Position numbers and translations under genes: made by a program
The notes under the pieces: model-generated
Database searches by the model: none
What the model saw: the letters and a program-made list of their open reading frames with translations, nothing else
What the model was told of the DNA's origin: nothing
Shown here: positions 1-14,708 of the stretch, in pieces
How the letters are laid out: the number at the start of each line of letters is the position of its first letter
Position numbering within the stretch: position 1 is the stretch's first letter
NCBI GenBank assembly: GCA_964016885.1
Contig: OZ024740.1
Coordinates: 244,714,001-244,778,000 of the forward strand
DNA from: Eledone cirrhosa
Taxonomy: Eukaryota
DNA: 64,000 nucleotides
Direction: 5' to 3'

Positions 1-3000
1 GTGGTTATAGTGTAGACTGTGTTGTAGTGGTTATATGGAAGACTGTGTTGTAGTGGTTATAGTGTAGACTGTGTTGTAGTGGTTATAGTGTAGACTGTGT
101 TGTAGTGGTTATAGTGTAGACCGTGTAGTAGTGTTTAAAGTGTAGACTGTGTAGTAGTGATTATATTGTAGACGGTGTAGTAGTGGTTATATTGTAGACT
201 GTGTAGTAGTGGTTATATTGTAGACTGTGTAGTAGTGGTTATATTGTAGACTGTGTAGTAGGGGTTATACTGTAGATTGTGTAGTAGTGGTTATAGTGTG
301 GACTGTGTAATAGTGGTTATATTGTAGACTGTGTAGTAGTAGTTATAGTGTAGACTGTGTAGTAGTGATTATATTGTAGACTGTGTAGTAGTCTGTGTAG
401 TACTGGTTATATTGTAAACTGTATAGTAGTGGTTATATTGTAGACTGTGTAGTAGTAGTTATAGTGTAGACTGTGTAGTAGTGATTATATTGTAGACTGT
501 GTAGTAGTCTGTGTAGTACTGGTTATATTGTAAACTGTGTAGTAGTGGTTATATTGTAGACTGTGTAGTAGTGGTTATAGTGTAGACTGTGTAGTAGTGG
601 TTATAGTGTAGACTCTGTTGTAGTGGTTATATTGTAGACTGTGTAGTAGTGGTTATATTGTGGACTGTGTAGTAGAGGTTATATTGTAGACTCTGTAGTA
701 GTGGTTCTATTGTAGATTGTGTAGTAGTCGTTATAGTGTAGACTGTGTGGTAGTGGTTATATTGTAGACTGTGTAGTAGTGGTTATATTGCATACTCTTT
801 AGTAGTGCTTATATTGTAGACTGTAGTAGTGGTTATATTGTAGACTGTGTAGTAGTGGTTATATTGTGGACTGTGTAGTAGTGGTTATATTGTAGACTAT
901 GTAGTAGTGTTTATATTGTAGACTGTGTAGTAGTGGTTATATTGTAGATTGTGTAGTAGTGATTAAAGTGTAGACTGTGTAGTAGTGGTTATATTGTGGA
1001 CTGTGTAGTAGTGGTTATATTGTAGACTGTGTAGTAGTGGTTATAGTGTGGACTGTGTAATAGTGTTTATAGTGTAGACTGTGTAGTAGTGGTTATAGTG
1101 AAGACTGTGTAGTAGTTGTTATATTGTGGACTGTGTAGTAGTGGTTATATAGTAGACTGTGTAGTAGTGGTTATAGTGTGGACTCTGTAATAGTGGTTAT
1201 ATTGTAGACTGTGTAGAAGTGGTTATATTGTAGACTGTGTAGTAGTGGTTATATTGTGGACTGTGTAGTAGTGGTTATAGTGTAGAATGTGTAATAGTGG
1301 TTATATTTTAGACTGTGTAGTAGTTGTTATATTGTGAAACTGTGTAGTAATGGTTATATTGTAGACTGTGTAGTAGTGGTTATATTGTAGACTGTGTAAT
1401 AGTGGTTAATTTGTAGACTGTGTAGTAGTGGTTATATTGTAGACTGTGTAGTAGTGGTTATATTGTGGACTGTGTAGTAGTGGTTATAGTGTAGACTGTG
1501 TAGTAGTAGTTATATTGTGGACTGTGTAGTAGTGGTTATAGTGTAGACTGTGTAGTAGTAGTTATAGTGTAGACTGTGTAGTAGTGGTTATAGTGTAGAC
1601 TGTGTTGTAGTGGTTATATTGTAGACTGTGTAGTATTGGTTATATTGTAGACCGTGTAGTAGGTGTTATATTGTAGACTGTGTTGTAGTGGTTATATTGT
1701 AGACTGTGTAGTAGTAGTTATATTGTAGACTGTGTAGGAGTGGTTATATTGTAGACTGTGTAGTAGTGGTTATAGTGTAGACTGTGTAGTACTGGTTATA
1801 TTGTAGACTCTGTAGTAGTCTGTGTAGTAGTGGTTATAGCGTAAACTGTGTAGTAGTGGTTATATAGTAGACTGTGTAGTAGTGATTATATTGTTGACTG
1901 TGTAGTAGTGGTTATATTGTCGACTGTGTAGTAGTGGTTATATTGTAGATTGTGTAGAAGTGGTTATAATGTAGACTGTGTAGTAATGGTTATATTGCAG
2001 ACTGTGTAATAGTGGTTATATCGTAAACTGTGTAGTAGTGGTTATATGGTAGACTGTGTAGTAGTGGTTATATTGTAGACTGTGTAGTAATGGTTATATT
2101 GTAGACTGTGTAGTAGTGTTTATAGTGTAGACTGTGTAGTAGTGGTTATAGTGTAGACTGTGTTGTAGTGGTTATATTGAAGACTGTGTTGTAGTGGTTA
2201 TAGTGTAGACTGTGTTGTAGTGGTTATAGTGTTGACTGTGTTGTAGTGGTTATATTGAACATTGTGTTGTAGTGGTTATAGTGTAGACTGTGTTGTAGTG
2301 GTTATAGTGTAGACTGTGTTGTAGTGATTATATTGTAGATGGTGTAGTAGTGGTTATACTGTAGACTGTCTAGTAGTTTGCGTAGTAGTGTTTATAGTGT
2401 AGACTGCGTTGTAGTGATTATATTGTTTACTGTGTAGTAGTGGTTATATTGTAGACCGTGTAGTAGTGTTTAAAGCGTAGACTGTGTAGTAGTGGTTATA
2501 TTGTAGACGGTGTAGTAGTGGTTATATTGTAGACTGTGTAGTAGTGGTTATATTGTAGACTGTGTAGTAGTGGTTATATTGTAGACTGTGTAGTAGTGGT
2601 TATAGTGTAGACTGTGTAGTAGTGGTTATAGTGTAGACTCTGTTGTAGTGGTTATATTGTAGACTATGTAGTAGTGTTTATATTGTGGACTGTGTAGTAG
2701 TGGTTATATTGTAGATTGTGTAATAGTGGTTAAAGTGTAGACTGTGTAGTAGTGGTTATATTGTGGACTCTGTAGTAGTGGTTATATTGTAGACTGTGTA
2801 GTAGTGGTTAAAGTGTGGACTGTTTAATAGTGATTATAGTGTAGACTGTGTAGTAGTGGTTATAGTGTAGACTGTGTAGTAGTGGTTATATTGTAGACTG
2901 TGTAGTAGTGGTTATATTGTAGACTGTGTAGTAGTGGTTATATTGTAGACTGTGTAGTAGTGGTTATAGTGTAGACTCTGTAGTAGTGGTTATATTGTAG

Positions 3001-6000
3001 ACTGTGTTGTAGTGGTTATAGTGTAGACTCTGTAGTAGTGGTTAAAGTATAGATTGTGTTGTATGGGTTATATTGTAGACTCTGTAGTAATCTGTGTAGT
3101 AGTGGTTATATTGTAGACTGTGTAGTAGTGGTTATAGTGTAGACTGTGTTGTAGTGGTTATATTGTAGACTGTGTAGTAGTGCTTATAGTGTAGACTGTG
3201 TTGTAGTAGTTATATTGTAGACTGTGTAGTAGTGGTTATATGGTGGACTGTGTAGTAGAGGTTATATTGTAGACTCTGTAGTAGTGGTTCTATTGTAGAT
3301 TGTGTAGTAGTGGTTATAGTGTAGACTGTGTAGTAGTGGTTATATTGTAGACTGTGTAGTAGTGGTTATATTGTATACTCTTTAGTAGTGCTTATATTGT
3401 AGACTGTAGTAATGGTTATATTGTAGACTGTGTAGTAGTGGTTATATTGTGGACTGTGTAGTAGTGGTTATATTGTAGACTGTGTAGTAGTGGTTTTAGT
3501 GTGGACTGTGTAGTAGTGGTTATAGTGTAGACTGTGTAGTAGTGGTTATATTGTAGACTGTGTAGTAGTGGCTATATTGTAGACTGGGTAGTAGTGGTTA
3601 TATTGTAGACTGTGTAGTGGTGTTTATAGTGTAGACTGTGTAGTAGTTGTTATATTGTAGACTGTGTAGTAGTGATTATATTGTCGACTGTGTAGTAGTG
3701 TTTATCGTGTAGACTGTGTAGTAGTGGTTATAGTGTAGACTGTGTTGTAGTGGTTATATTGAAGACTGTGTTGTAGTGGTTATAGTGTAGACTGTGTTGT
3801 AGTGGTTATAGTGTAGACTGTGTTGTAGTGGTTATATTGAAGATTGTGTTGTAGTGGTTATAGTGTAGACTGTGTTGTAGTGGTTATAGTGTAGACTGCG
3901 TTGTAGTGATTATATTGTTTACTGTGTAGTAGTGGTTATATTGTAGACCGTGTAGTAGTGTTTAAAGTGTAGACTGTGTAGTAGTGGTTATATTGTAGAC
4001 GGTGTAGTAGTGGTTATATTGTAGACTGTGTAGTAGTGGTTATATTGTAGACTCTGTAGTAGTGGTTAAAGGATAGATTGTGTTGTATGGGTTATATTGT
4101 AGACTCTGTAGTAGTCTGTGTAGTAGTGGTTATATTGTGGACTGTGTAGTAGTGGTTATCTTGTAGACTGTGTAGTAGTGGTTATATTGTAGACTGTGTA
4201 ATAGTGGTTAATTTGTACACCGTGTAATAGTGGTTAATTTGTAGACTGTGTAGTAGTGGTTATATTGTGGACTGTGTAGTAGTGGTTATAGTGTAGACTG
4301 TGTAGTAGTAGTTATATTGTGGACTGTGTAGTAGTGGTTATATTGTAGACTGTGTAGTAGTGGTTATAGTGTAGACTGTGTTGTAGTGGTTATATTGTAG
4401 ACTGTGTAGTATTGGTTATATTGTAGACCGTGTAGTAGGTGTTATATTGTAGACTGTGTTGTAGTGGTTATATTGTAGACTGTGTAGTAGTAGTTATATT
4501 GTAGACTGTGTAGGAGTGGTTATATTGTAGACTGTGTAGTAGTGGTTATAGTGTAGACTGTGTAGTACTGGTTATATTGTAGACTCTGTAGTAGTCTGTG
4601 TAGTAGTGGTTATAGCGTAAACTGTGTAGTAGTGGTTATATAGTAGACTGTGTAGTAGTGATTATATTGTCGACTGTGTAGTAGTGGTTATATTGTCGAC
4701 TGTGTAGTAGTGGTTATATTGTAGATTGTGTAGAAGTGGTTATAATGTAGACTGTGTAGTAATGGTTATATTGCAGACTGTGTAGTAGTGGTTATATTGT
4801 AAACTCTGTAGTAGTGGTTATATGGTAGACTGTGTAGTAGTGGTTATATTGTAGACTGTGTAGTAGTGGTTATATTGTAAACTGTGCAGTAGTGGTTATA
4901 TTGTCGACTGTGTAGTAGTGGTTATATTGTAGACTGTGTAGTAGTGGTTATAGTGTAGACTGTGTAGTAGTGGGTATATTGTAGACTGTGTAGTAGTGAT
5001 TATATTGTCGACTGTGTAGTAGTGTTTATAGTGTAGACTGTGTAGTAGTGGTTATAGTGTAGACTGTGTTGTAGTGGTTATATTGAAGACTGTGTTGTAG
5101 TGGTTATAGTGTAGACTGTGTTGTAGTGGTTATAGTGTAGACTGTGTTGTAGTGGTTATATTGAAGATTGTGTTGTAGTGGTTATAGTGTAGACTGTGTT
5201 GTAGTGGTTATAGTGTAGACTGTGTTGTAGTGATTATATTGTAGATGGTGTAGTAGTGGTTATACTGTAGACTGTCTAGTAGTTTGCGTAGTAGTGGTTA
5301 TAGTGTAGACTGCGTTTTAGTGATTATATTGTTTACTGTGTAGTAGTGGTTATATTGTAGACCGTGTAGTAGTGTTTAAAGTGTAGACTGTGTAGTAGTG
5401 GTTATATTGTAGACGGTGTAGTTATGGTTATATTGTAGACTGTGTAGTAGTGGTTATATTGTAGACTGTGTAGTAGTGGTTATATTGTAGACTGTGTAGT
5501 AGGGGTTATACTGTAGATTGTGTAGTAGTGGTTATAGTGTGGACTGTGTAATAGTGGTTATATTGTAGACTGTGTAGTAGTAGTTATAGTGTAGACTGTG
5601 TAGTAGTGATTATATTGTAGACTGTGTAGTACTGGTTATATTGTAGACTGTGTAGTAGTGGTTATATTGTAGACTGTGTAGTAGTGGTTATAGTGTAGAC
5701 TGTGTAGTAGTGGTTATAGTGTAGACTCTGTTGTAGTGGTTATATTGTAGACTATGTAGTAGTGTTTATATTGTGGACTGTGTAGTAGTGGTTATATTGT
5801 AGATTGTGTAATAGTGGTTAAAGTGTAGACTGTGTAGTAGTGGTTATATTGTGGACTGTGTAGTAGTGGTTATATTGTAGACTGTGTAGTAGTGGTTATA
5901 GTGTGGACTGTGTAATAGTGATTATAGTGTAGACTGTGTAGTAGTGGTTATAGTGTAGACTGTGTAGTAGTGGTTATATTGTAGACTGTGTAGTAGTGGT

Positions 6001-8625
6001 TATATTGTAGACTGTGTAGTAGTGGTTATATTGTAGACTGTGTAGTAGTGGTTATAGTGTAGACTCTGTAGTAGTGGTTATATTGTAGACTGTGTTGTAG
6101 TGGTTATAGTGTAGACTCTGTAGTAGTGGTTAAAGTATAGATTGTGTTGTATGGGTTATATTGTAGACTCTGTAGTAGTCTGTGTAGTAGTGGTTATATT
6201 GTAGACTTGGTAGTAGTGGTTATAGTGTAGACTGTGTTGTAGTGGTTATATTGTAGACTGTGTTGTAGTGCTTATAGTGTAGACTGTGTTGTAGTGGTTA
6301 TATTGTAGACTGTGTAGTAGTGGTTATATTGTGGACTGTGTAGTAGAGGTTATATTGTAGACTCTGTAGTAGTGGTCCTATTGTAGATTGTGTAGTAGTG
6401 GTTATAGTGTAGACTGTGTAGTAGTGGTTATATTGTGGACTGTGTAGTAGTGGTTATATTGTAGACTGTGTAGTAGTGGTTTTAGTGTGGACTGTGTAGT
6501 AGTGGTTATAGTGTAGACTGTGTAGTAGTGGTTATATTGTAGACTGTGTAGTAGTGGCTATATTGTAGACTGGGTAGTAGTGGTTATATTGTAGACTGTG
6601 TAGTGGTGTTTATAGTGTAGACTGTGTAGTAGTTGTTATATTGTAGACTGTGTAGTAGTGATTATATTGTCGACTGTGTAGTAGTGTTTATAGTGTAGAC
6701 TGTGTAGTAGTGGTTATAGTGTAGACTGTGTTGTAGTGGTTATATGGAAGACTGTGTTGTAGTGGTTATAGTGTAGACTGTGTTGTAGTGGTTATAGTGT
6801 AGACTGTGTAGTAGTGGTTATATTGTAGACCGTGTAGTAGTGTTTAAAGTGTAGACTGTGTAGTAGTGATTATATTGTAGACGGTGTAGTAGTGGTTATA
6901 TTGTAGACTGTGTAGTAGTGGTTATATTGTAGACTGTGTAGTAGTGGTTATATTGTAGACTGTGTAGTAGGGGTTATACTGTAGATTGTGTAGTAGTGGT
7001 TATAGTGTGGACTGTGTAATAGTGGTTATATTGTAGACTGTGTAGTAGTAGTTATAGTGTAGACTGTGTAGTAGTGATTATATTGTAGACTGTGTAGTAG
7101 TCTGTGTAGTACTGGTTATATTGTAAACTGTATAGTAGTGGTTATATTGTAGACTGTGTAGTAGTAGTTATAGTGTAGACTGTGTAGTAGTGATTATATT
7201 GTAGACTGTGTAGTAGTCTGTGTAGTACTGGTTATATTGTAAACTGTGTAGTAGTGGTTATATTGTAGACTGTGTAGTAGTGGTTATAGTGTAGACTGTG
7301 TAGTAGTGGTTATAGTGTAGACTCTGTTGTAGTGGTTATATTGTAGACTATGTAGTAGTGTTTATATTGTGGACTGTGTAGTAGTGGTTATATTGTAGAT
7401 TGTGTAATAGTGGTTAAAGTGTAGACTGTGTAGTAGTGGTTATATTGTGGACTGTGTAGTAGTGGTTATATTGTAGACTGTGTAGTAGTGGTTATTGTGT
7501 GGACTGTGTAATAGTGATTATAGTGTAGACTGTGTAGTAGTGGTTATAGTGTAGACTGTGTAGTAGTGGTTATATTGTAGACTGTGTAGTAGTGGTTATA
7601 TTGTAGACTGTGTAGTAGTGGTTATATTGTAGACTGTGTAGTAGTGGTTATAGTGTAGACTCTGTAGTAGTGGTTATATTGTAGACTGTGTTGTAGCGGT
7701 TATAGTGTAGACTCTGTAGTAGTGGTTAAAGTATAGATTGTGTAGTAGTGGTTATATTGTAGACTGTGTAGTAGTGGTTATAGTGTAGACTGTGTTGTAG
7801 TGGTTATATTGTAGACTGTGTAGTAGTGCTTATAGTGTAGACTGTGTTGTAGTGGTTATATTGTAGACTGTGTAGTAGTGGTTATATTGTGGACTGTGTA
7901 GTAGAGGTTATATTGTAGACTCTGTAGTAGTGGTTCTATTGTAGATTGTGTAGTAGTGGTTATAGTGTAGACTGTGTAGTAGTGGTTATATTGTAGACTG
8001 TGTAGTAGTGGTTATATTGTATACTCTTTAGTAGTGCTTATATTGTAGACTGTAGTAGTGGTTATATTGTAGACTGTGTAGTAGTGGTTATATTGTGGAC
8101 TGTGTAGTAGTGGTTATATTGTAGACTGTGTAGTAGTGGTTTTAGTGTGGACTGTGTAGTAGTGGTTATAGTGTAGACTGTGTAGTAGTGGTTATATTGT
8201 AGACTGTGTAGTAGTGGCTATATTGTAGACTGGGTAGTAGTGGTTATACTGTAGACTGTGTAGTGGTGTTTATAGTGTAGACTGTGTAGTAGTTGTTATA
8301 TTGTAGACTGTGTAGTAGTGGTTATATGTAGACTGTGTAGTATTGGTTATACTGTAGACTGTGTTGTAGTGGTTGTAGTGTAGACTGTGTAGTAGTGGTT
8401 ATAATGTAAATTGTGTAGTAGTGCTTAAAGTATAGACTGTGTTGTAGTGGTTATAGTGTAGACTGTGTAGTAGTGGTTAAAGTATAGACTGTGTAGTAGT
8501 GGTTATAGTGTAGACTGTGTAGTAGTGGTTATAATGTAAATTGTGTAGTAGTGGTTAAAGTATAGACTGTGTAGTAGTGGTTATATTGTAGATGGTGTAG
8601 TAGTGATTATAGTTTAGATGGTATA
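1..8625. repeat. 26-bp tandem satellite (consensus GTAGACTGTGTAGTAGTGGTTATATT), about 330 units, open at the window start
   Basis: Directly visible head-to-tail 26-mer with point variants; decays after about 8580. Confidence 0.98.
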
Positions 8626-10649
8626 GTTAGAGAATAAGATAGTTTTGTAATAATTATAGTAGAGTGTGTGTAGCGGTGGCTATAGTGCAAGTCGTGTAGT
8701 AGTAGGGATAAGATAAATATCAATATTTTATTAACCGCTAAATCTAACATAAGGGTATATATTGCCAACTAACGAAACCCCAATGAGATTGCTAATTAGA
8801 GGAACTTTTAAATTTTAATAGTAATAGTGAGATTTTCATGATTAAACTCGGAATTAATTTTTATCGCCTGAGTAAAACATAGAGAGACTATTATTGAATA
8901 TTATCAATATTATCAATAGCACCAAAATAGTTTTCTAATTTGTTTACATAGCATTTTATCGTGTGTAAAGTTAACAGCAATTCTCGATTGAAATTTTCAT
9001 TTGTGTAATTTACCGATCGTTATGCCCGCCATTTTCTCTAGAATGAGGAACTCGTTGTCACATCAAAGCTTTAATGTCAGAGCCCGATGATTGCTGTTCT
9101 ACGTTTTTGTATTGATTCATTTTTATTACTCTTAAGACAAATAGTTCTAGTCCAAGATCGATCAAATGAACCAGTATTATTTATTTATGTATCCTTTTTT
9201 GTTATTATTAAAGATGTGTATAGGTAGGGGCAATTAGGAGAAATGAAATAGTATTTGATGAAATGTTAATTTTCGTATCTCCTTACAGAGTGTTCAAATT
9301 CAAATAATACTTTTATTTTTGATCCGTTAACCTTTAGGGCTGATAAAATAATACAAAGATGTACAATTAATTAAATTGTGCTATAGCCTACATCTAATAT
9401 CCAAACACAGGCAAAAGGGACACGTTGAAAATACATGTTGAAAAATTAAGATACAAAAATCAAGTCTGATTAAAGGTTGGTATCTGGCGCCGGGTAACCC
9501 ACCACACGGAGGAGAAAGCACCTTCTTCAAGACTTGGCTGTCAAATTCTTTCACATGTGTGTAGTAGTGGCGCCCACACACATTATTAGCTATTTGAAAA
9601 GATGATGGATTTCGCAACTAACTGCACCGGGGTTCCTGAATTCTGGGGCATGAGAGTGAGATCCGTCATCTCGACAGTAGTCGACGAATGAATGAATGAT
9701 ATCTCATGCTATAAAAAACCACACTTTCTCCCTGACGTCACATAAAATTCTGTATACTTGTTAAAGATTAATTACTATGAATTAATGTTTTGTCTCTCGC
9801 CTCTAATTCTAATGGACATTGTTTGGCTTGGGTCAGACACTGTGACCCCGGGTGGGTCAACAGTGCCGCTGGTAAGGGTCGAAACTGCAAAAGCCCACCC
9901 CAACGACCGATGTCCTTCGAGTTCTGTTTCCTTCGTTTGTATTTTTTTTTTTTTTAATGTTAAGGCGATGTATTTGTTTTGAAAGGTATTTTATTTGAAA
10001 TCGTGTGTTGAAACAGATAGTGTTATGAATGTATGTATAGTATATTTGGCAATATACTGTATGTTTAATTAAAAGCATTTAGAAGACCATTCGCTATGAG
10101 GTTTAGAGTAATGACTATGTCACTTACTTATTCTCGGCAAATAACAACTGAGAGTGATCGACAGACAGTCTGTTTCTCGCTTGTGAACGTTTATCAAGAC
10201 CATCCACTCCGCAGCCTTTGCCGAGAATTATAGAAGCTGGATTCTTATAAAATTCCAGTATTAATCAGGAGCTGATTATACAGAGCGATTGCCGGTCCAG
10301 CAAACATTACGTATTACTACTGTTGCTCTGAAATAGCGATGTATACATGAATGTATGTATAGTATATTTGGCAATATACTGTATATTTAATTAAAAACAT
10401 TTAGAATACCATTCACTGCTATTTCAGAGCACTAATACTAGTACCTAATATATATGTAAAAATAGTAAGATAAAGGTTGTGCCTCAGTATGGCCTCAGCC
10501 TTTCAGATGGAACACATAATTGAGTAATAGAGTAAAGGAGGGTGAGAGGAGGGTGAAACGGAAGAAATGTCTTTGGAGAAAAAACACTTGTGCGTTCACC
10601 CAGAACGTATACTATATATTTGTACCCATATATCCGTATGCACATACAT

Positions 10650-10706
<57 letters not shown>

Positions 10707-12602
10707 ATGTGTGCGTGTGTGAGTGTTTGTATGTGTGTGCGTGGGCGCGTGTACGTGTGTATAATCGTAAGTGTGTCAGTTCAACATCAGATTTAGGATT
10801 TCAAAATGAGACTTTATGGCTTGAAAGTGTGAATGAATAGAAATTTCAAAGTGAGAATACTGACTTCAAAACGAGATTATCACCAAAGGATTTGACTATG
10901 ATATTCTGAGAAGCGAACAGAAAACTTGAAATAAGTGCTGATAAGAAGGAGGTGTACAGCCAGATTTATTTAATAGACAATATCATTTCAAAACATCATA
11001 ACATCATTTTAATGTCAACAATATGAACTTGACTGGTTGATTATAAGGTTTTATCAGTCTGATTGTTGTCGAAAGCGACGGAGGTCCATTCCAAAGTTAG
11101 TGTGTCTGCCTTTTTTCAAAAGTTATTAATTACTGCCGCTATTGGTGGGAGTCTATGATTTGTCTTCTCTGTGACAAACCTGGAATGTACGAGAGCCAGT
11201 TCAAAAGCCGGCACCTGAACCATGAAACAGCCTTCAGATATCCTGACAAATAACATGCCACCCACCTTCTTCCATTTAATGGAGTAGATTAGAAAAACCT
11301 ACCCCTATGTTAATGGTACGAAATTTTGCCGGATATGTACCTCGGAAACCTAGAATATAGTCTCACAACTGGCTTCAGAGAAATACTGCTTAAATACTCG
11401 CCTTGACTGTTTTAGTCGCTGTCCACATGAAGTGAAATTCAATCTCAGAAAATGGTATAGTCCAGACTAACTAATTGGAAATTCAAGGAATTGAATTGCT
11501 TTTAATTACTAACTTAACACAATTTCCCTACCTTTGTGGGTCTTTTTATAGTTATTTCCTTTTACACAATCTAATTTTTTCTTTATCTATAGCTAAATTC
11601 AATTACCAGCCCTTGAAGAGCTCTTGCGGATCTTCTAAAAACATTCAAATAACCAGTGGAGGTAGCCCTTTTATTTTTATATAACAGGCTGAATGAGTTC
11701 GGTTTATAACCCAACGAAACTTAAATACCTGTATATATCACTGTTGTAACTAATTATACTTAACTTGTCCTATGGACTGAGTGCTATTACCCTTGGATAT
11801 GTCTACCAAACTTATACTACAGTATATAAATAGATACTTAACGTATCTTTACCAACCACAGCCACTGCACTTGCTATTAACTAAAAGCTGTGCAATCTGA
11901 ACACCGAGATGCAGTTTCACTACTGTAATCTTATTGATTCATTGAGTGGGTGAGTCATGGGAGGAGATCGGTGAAATAATACCACCGACTTTCGTAAACC
12001 TTGTATATATATATATATATATACATATATTTATATACATATATATATATATATATGACATATATATGTAGTAATATGTATATGGCGTGTATATGTAGTA
12101 ATATGGTGGAGCTTGTATATGCTGGTACTCATATGCCAGCACATACATCTGCATGGAAATGCGTGCAGTGTATATACCTGCTTACACATATATTTGATTA
12201 TGTTTATATACACTGCCTCTTCATAAATATTCTGACCAGAACGACCCTAATAATTCTAAAAATAAACTTCAGTTATTCAAAGTTCCAAACTCAATCTAGA
12301 AATTTATCTTGATAAGAATTGTAACATTATTTTCTCGTTCTTACCAAAATATAAATGGTCCCGCTTAACTGGAATGATAAAATAACAATTCCAAATAAAA
12401 CTGAAACGTTAAAGTGTGAATTCAATAAACAGAATTTTTAATCCTTCGTTTAAATTGTAATTGCTGTCATCTAGATGGAATGGTGTCTAGTAGAGTAAAG
12501 CATTCGACACAGGAGCAGCTTTAAACATTGGTGGCATAGTTTAAGCTAACGATTCAAAAGTAGATAGTTTAATATCTAAACCATATCTATCCAATAGTGT
12601 AA

Positions 12603-12730
12603 AGGCGAGAGACTTAGTGGTCACGAATGTTCAGTCCAAGACCGTAAAGTCATGGATTCCATTTCGACGGTGCATTCTGTCTTTGAGTAAGACATTCTTT
12701 TCACGTTACTCCAGTTCACGTAGCTGGCCA
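12603..12730 (+). mobile_element. Diverged tRNA-derived SINE
   Basis: A-box-like CTTAGTGGTC, decayed B-box, then TGTCTTTGAGTAAGACA..TTTCACGTTACTCCAG resembling the SINE at 22838 and the remnant at 20058. Confidence 0.5.
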
Positions 12731-13049
12731 AAATTGTTTTCACACACTGTTTTCACTCGTTGAATGTCCCTGAGAACTACATTAATGGTGCACTTGTCTA
12801 TGAAATAATCAGCCTACACTAACAGGTTGTTTCGTTCTGGAACACACGTCACTGAAACCGACGGAGGCCCAACACAATATTCAGCAGATGAATGAAGATA
12901 CGGTAAATAAAAATCGTCAAAGGTATTGATTCAAAATATGAAGGATGTACCACTATTCGACTGATAATGGCTAAAATGGTCAAACCCAATGGAATTTGGA
13001 CAGATAATTATGAGACATGTTAGATTTGAAATAATATATAGTGACTGTA

Positions 13050-13089
<40 letters not shown>

Positions 13090-13239
13090 GAAGTGCACAG
13101 AGAAACCGAAATGTACGATAGAGTTATATTTGTATATATACAGTGTGTGTGACCGAGACTACACGAATGTGTATATAAATGGGCATATGTAAACATGCCA
13201 GAAATACGAATTTCCCTGTAAATTGGAAAAAAAGATAAT

Positions 13240-13286
13240 CACCTTTGATGGATTTTCGGACCTAGTTGGGTCTTCATCGGAAGGTG
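13240..13286 (-). ncRNA. Degenerate type-I hammerhead ribozyme
   Basis: Minus strand: CACCTT-CCGATGA-AGACC caacta GGTCC-GAAA-ATCCATCA-AAGGTG; perfect 6-bp stem I, but U4C and a mutated stem III/cleavage site. Confidence 0.55.
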
Positions 13287-13602
13287 AGTATGTGGTTGTT
13301 TCGATGATATTCACACATTCTGATGAAGTCCCATATATATTTGTATACACATTGGTGTAGGTTCAGCTCCCCACTCTGTATATATACTTTCTTCCTCTCA
13401 TTTATCTTTCTTTTTCTTCTTCTATCTTTCATTCTATCTTCTGATGAAAGACTAACGTTATCATTCTTTTCCTCCTATATCAAACAATAAACTAATATAT
13501 ATCTTTATTGTACTGTATTGTACTGTATATAAATGCATACATACATATGTATGTAAAAGGTAATAAAAGGTAACCATAAATAACAAATCAAACGACAATA
13601 TG

Positions 13603-13639
<37 letters not shown>

Positions 13640-14097
13640 TGTATGCATATATACGTATGCATATATACGTATATGTATACATGCATACATATGACCACTT
13701 CCTCGCACTCCCACTCACTCAGTCCCTGTTTCTCCCCTTCTTTCTTCCTCCCGTTCGCTGGGAAAACGGTTTTCATTCTTTCTAACACCGGATTCACTAG
13801 CGAAATGTCTGTTGCTGACTCGCTCATATATTCACACAGCTTATGCTGAAAGAATAACTATGTTGCTTGTGTTTATTTCCATCTTCGGTTAGCTTCCCCC
13901 TGTGTTGTTTACTTGTCTCACTCGCTTTACGCGTTTCTATTGTCCTAATAACTTATTTTAGTTATTATCGCTCCAACGTGAGGTATATGATTTTTAATGC
14001 GATGAAATACCCATGATCGTTTGGTAAATCACTGATGAGGGACTCATTTTATAACATGTTATCCATGTGCAACCAGCAGTTTCTTCTCACCCATATT

Positions 14098-14165
<68 letters not shown>

Positions 14166-14495
14166 TGTAATAAATGTAATCTGAGGTTTTCGAATATTAA
14201 TAATAATATTCGATTCGTTTGCAATTATGCAGACTAGCCTCATTTTTAAAGCCATGTCACATTAGTGTCTGCAGTTCTGTTTACATGCCAACACAAGAGC
14301 AAGAATGAGGGGCTCATTCTACTGACATGGATAAATATCCATTCATATGTTACTTGTAATACATGTCATCCGCTTCGCCGACCAGTAAGTATATGTCCAA
14401 AATTCTCTTGTTTTTGTGTGTTGTGTTGTGTGCTTAGTTTGCGCATGCGTTACATCTGGTTGTGTGTGACTGTTTTCTTTTATTATTATTTATGT

Positions 14496-14708
14496 GGTGG
14501 ATTGGCAGTATCGGTAGAGGGTCGGACGCCATGCTTTGCAGCATAGAGTTACGGTCCTTTACGATCTGAGTTCAAATCCTGCCGAGGTTAACTTTGCCTT
14601 TCATCCTTACAGGGTCGATAAAATAAAGTACCTGTCACGCACTGGACTTAATCGACTTTCCCCTCCCCCAAAATTGCTGGCCTTGTGCCTATATAAGAAA
14701 CCATTATT
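14496..14708 (+). mobile_element. tRNA-derived SINE with Meta-domain-like core
   Basis: A-box TGGCAGTATCGG, B-box GAGTTCAAATCC, TTTGCCTTTCATCCTTAC.GGGTCGATAAAATAAAGTACC; about 10 other copies in the window. Confidence 0.9.

Noticed and set aside
1-8625. 26-bp repeat as a CRISPR array or coding repeat
   Set aside because: No unique spacers, no cas genes, eukaryotic context; the unit is not a multiple of 3 and no ORF spans it.
11000-11940. Possible old LINE endonuclease remnant on the minus strand
   Set aside because: Only faint peptide hints; not supportable without a profile search.
12961-14045. Isolated CTGATAA/CTGATGA words at 12961, 13320, 13441 and 14031
   Set aside because: No properly placed GAAA-stem III partner on the same strand.
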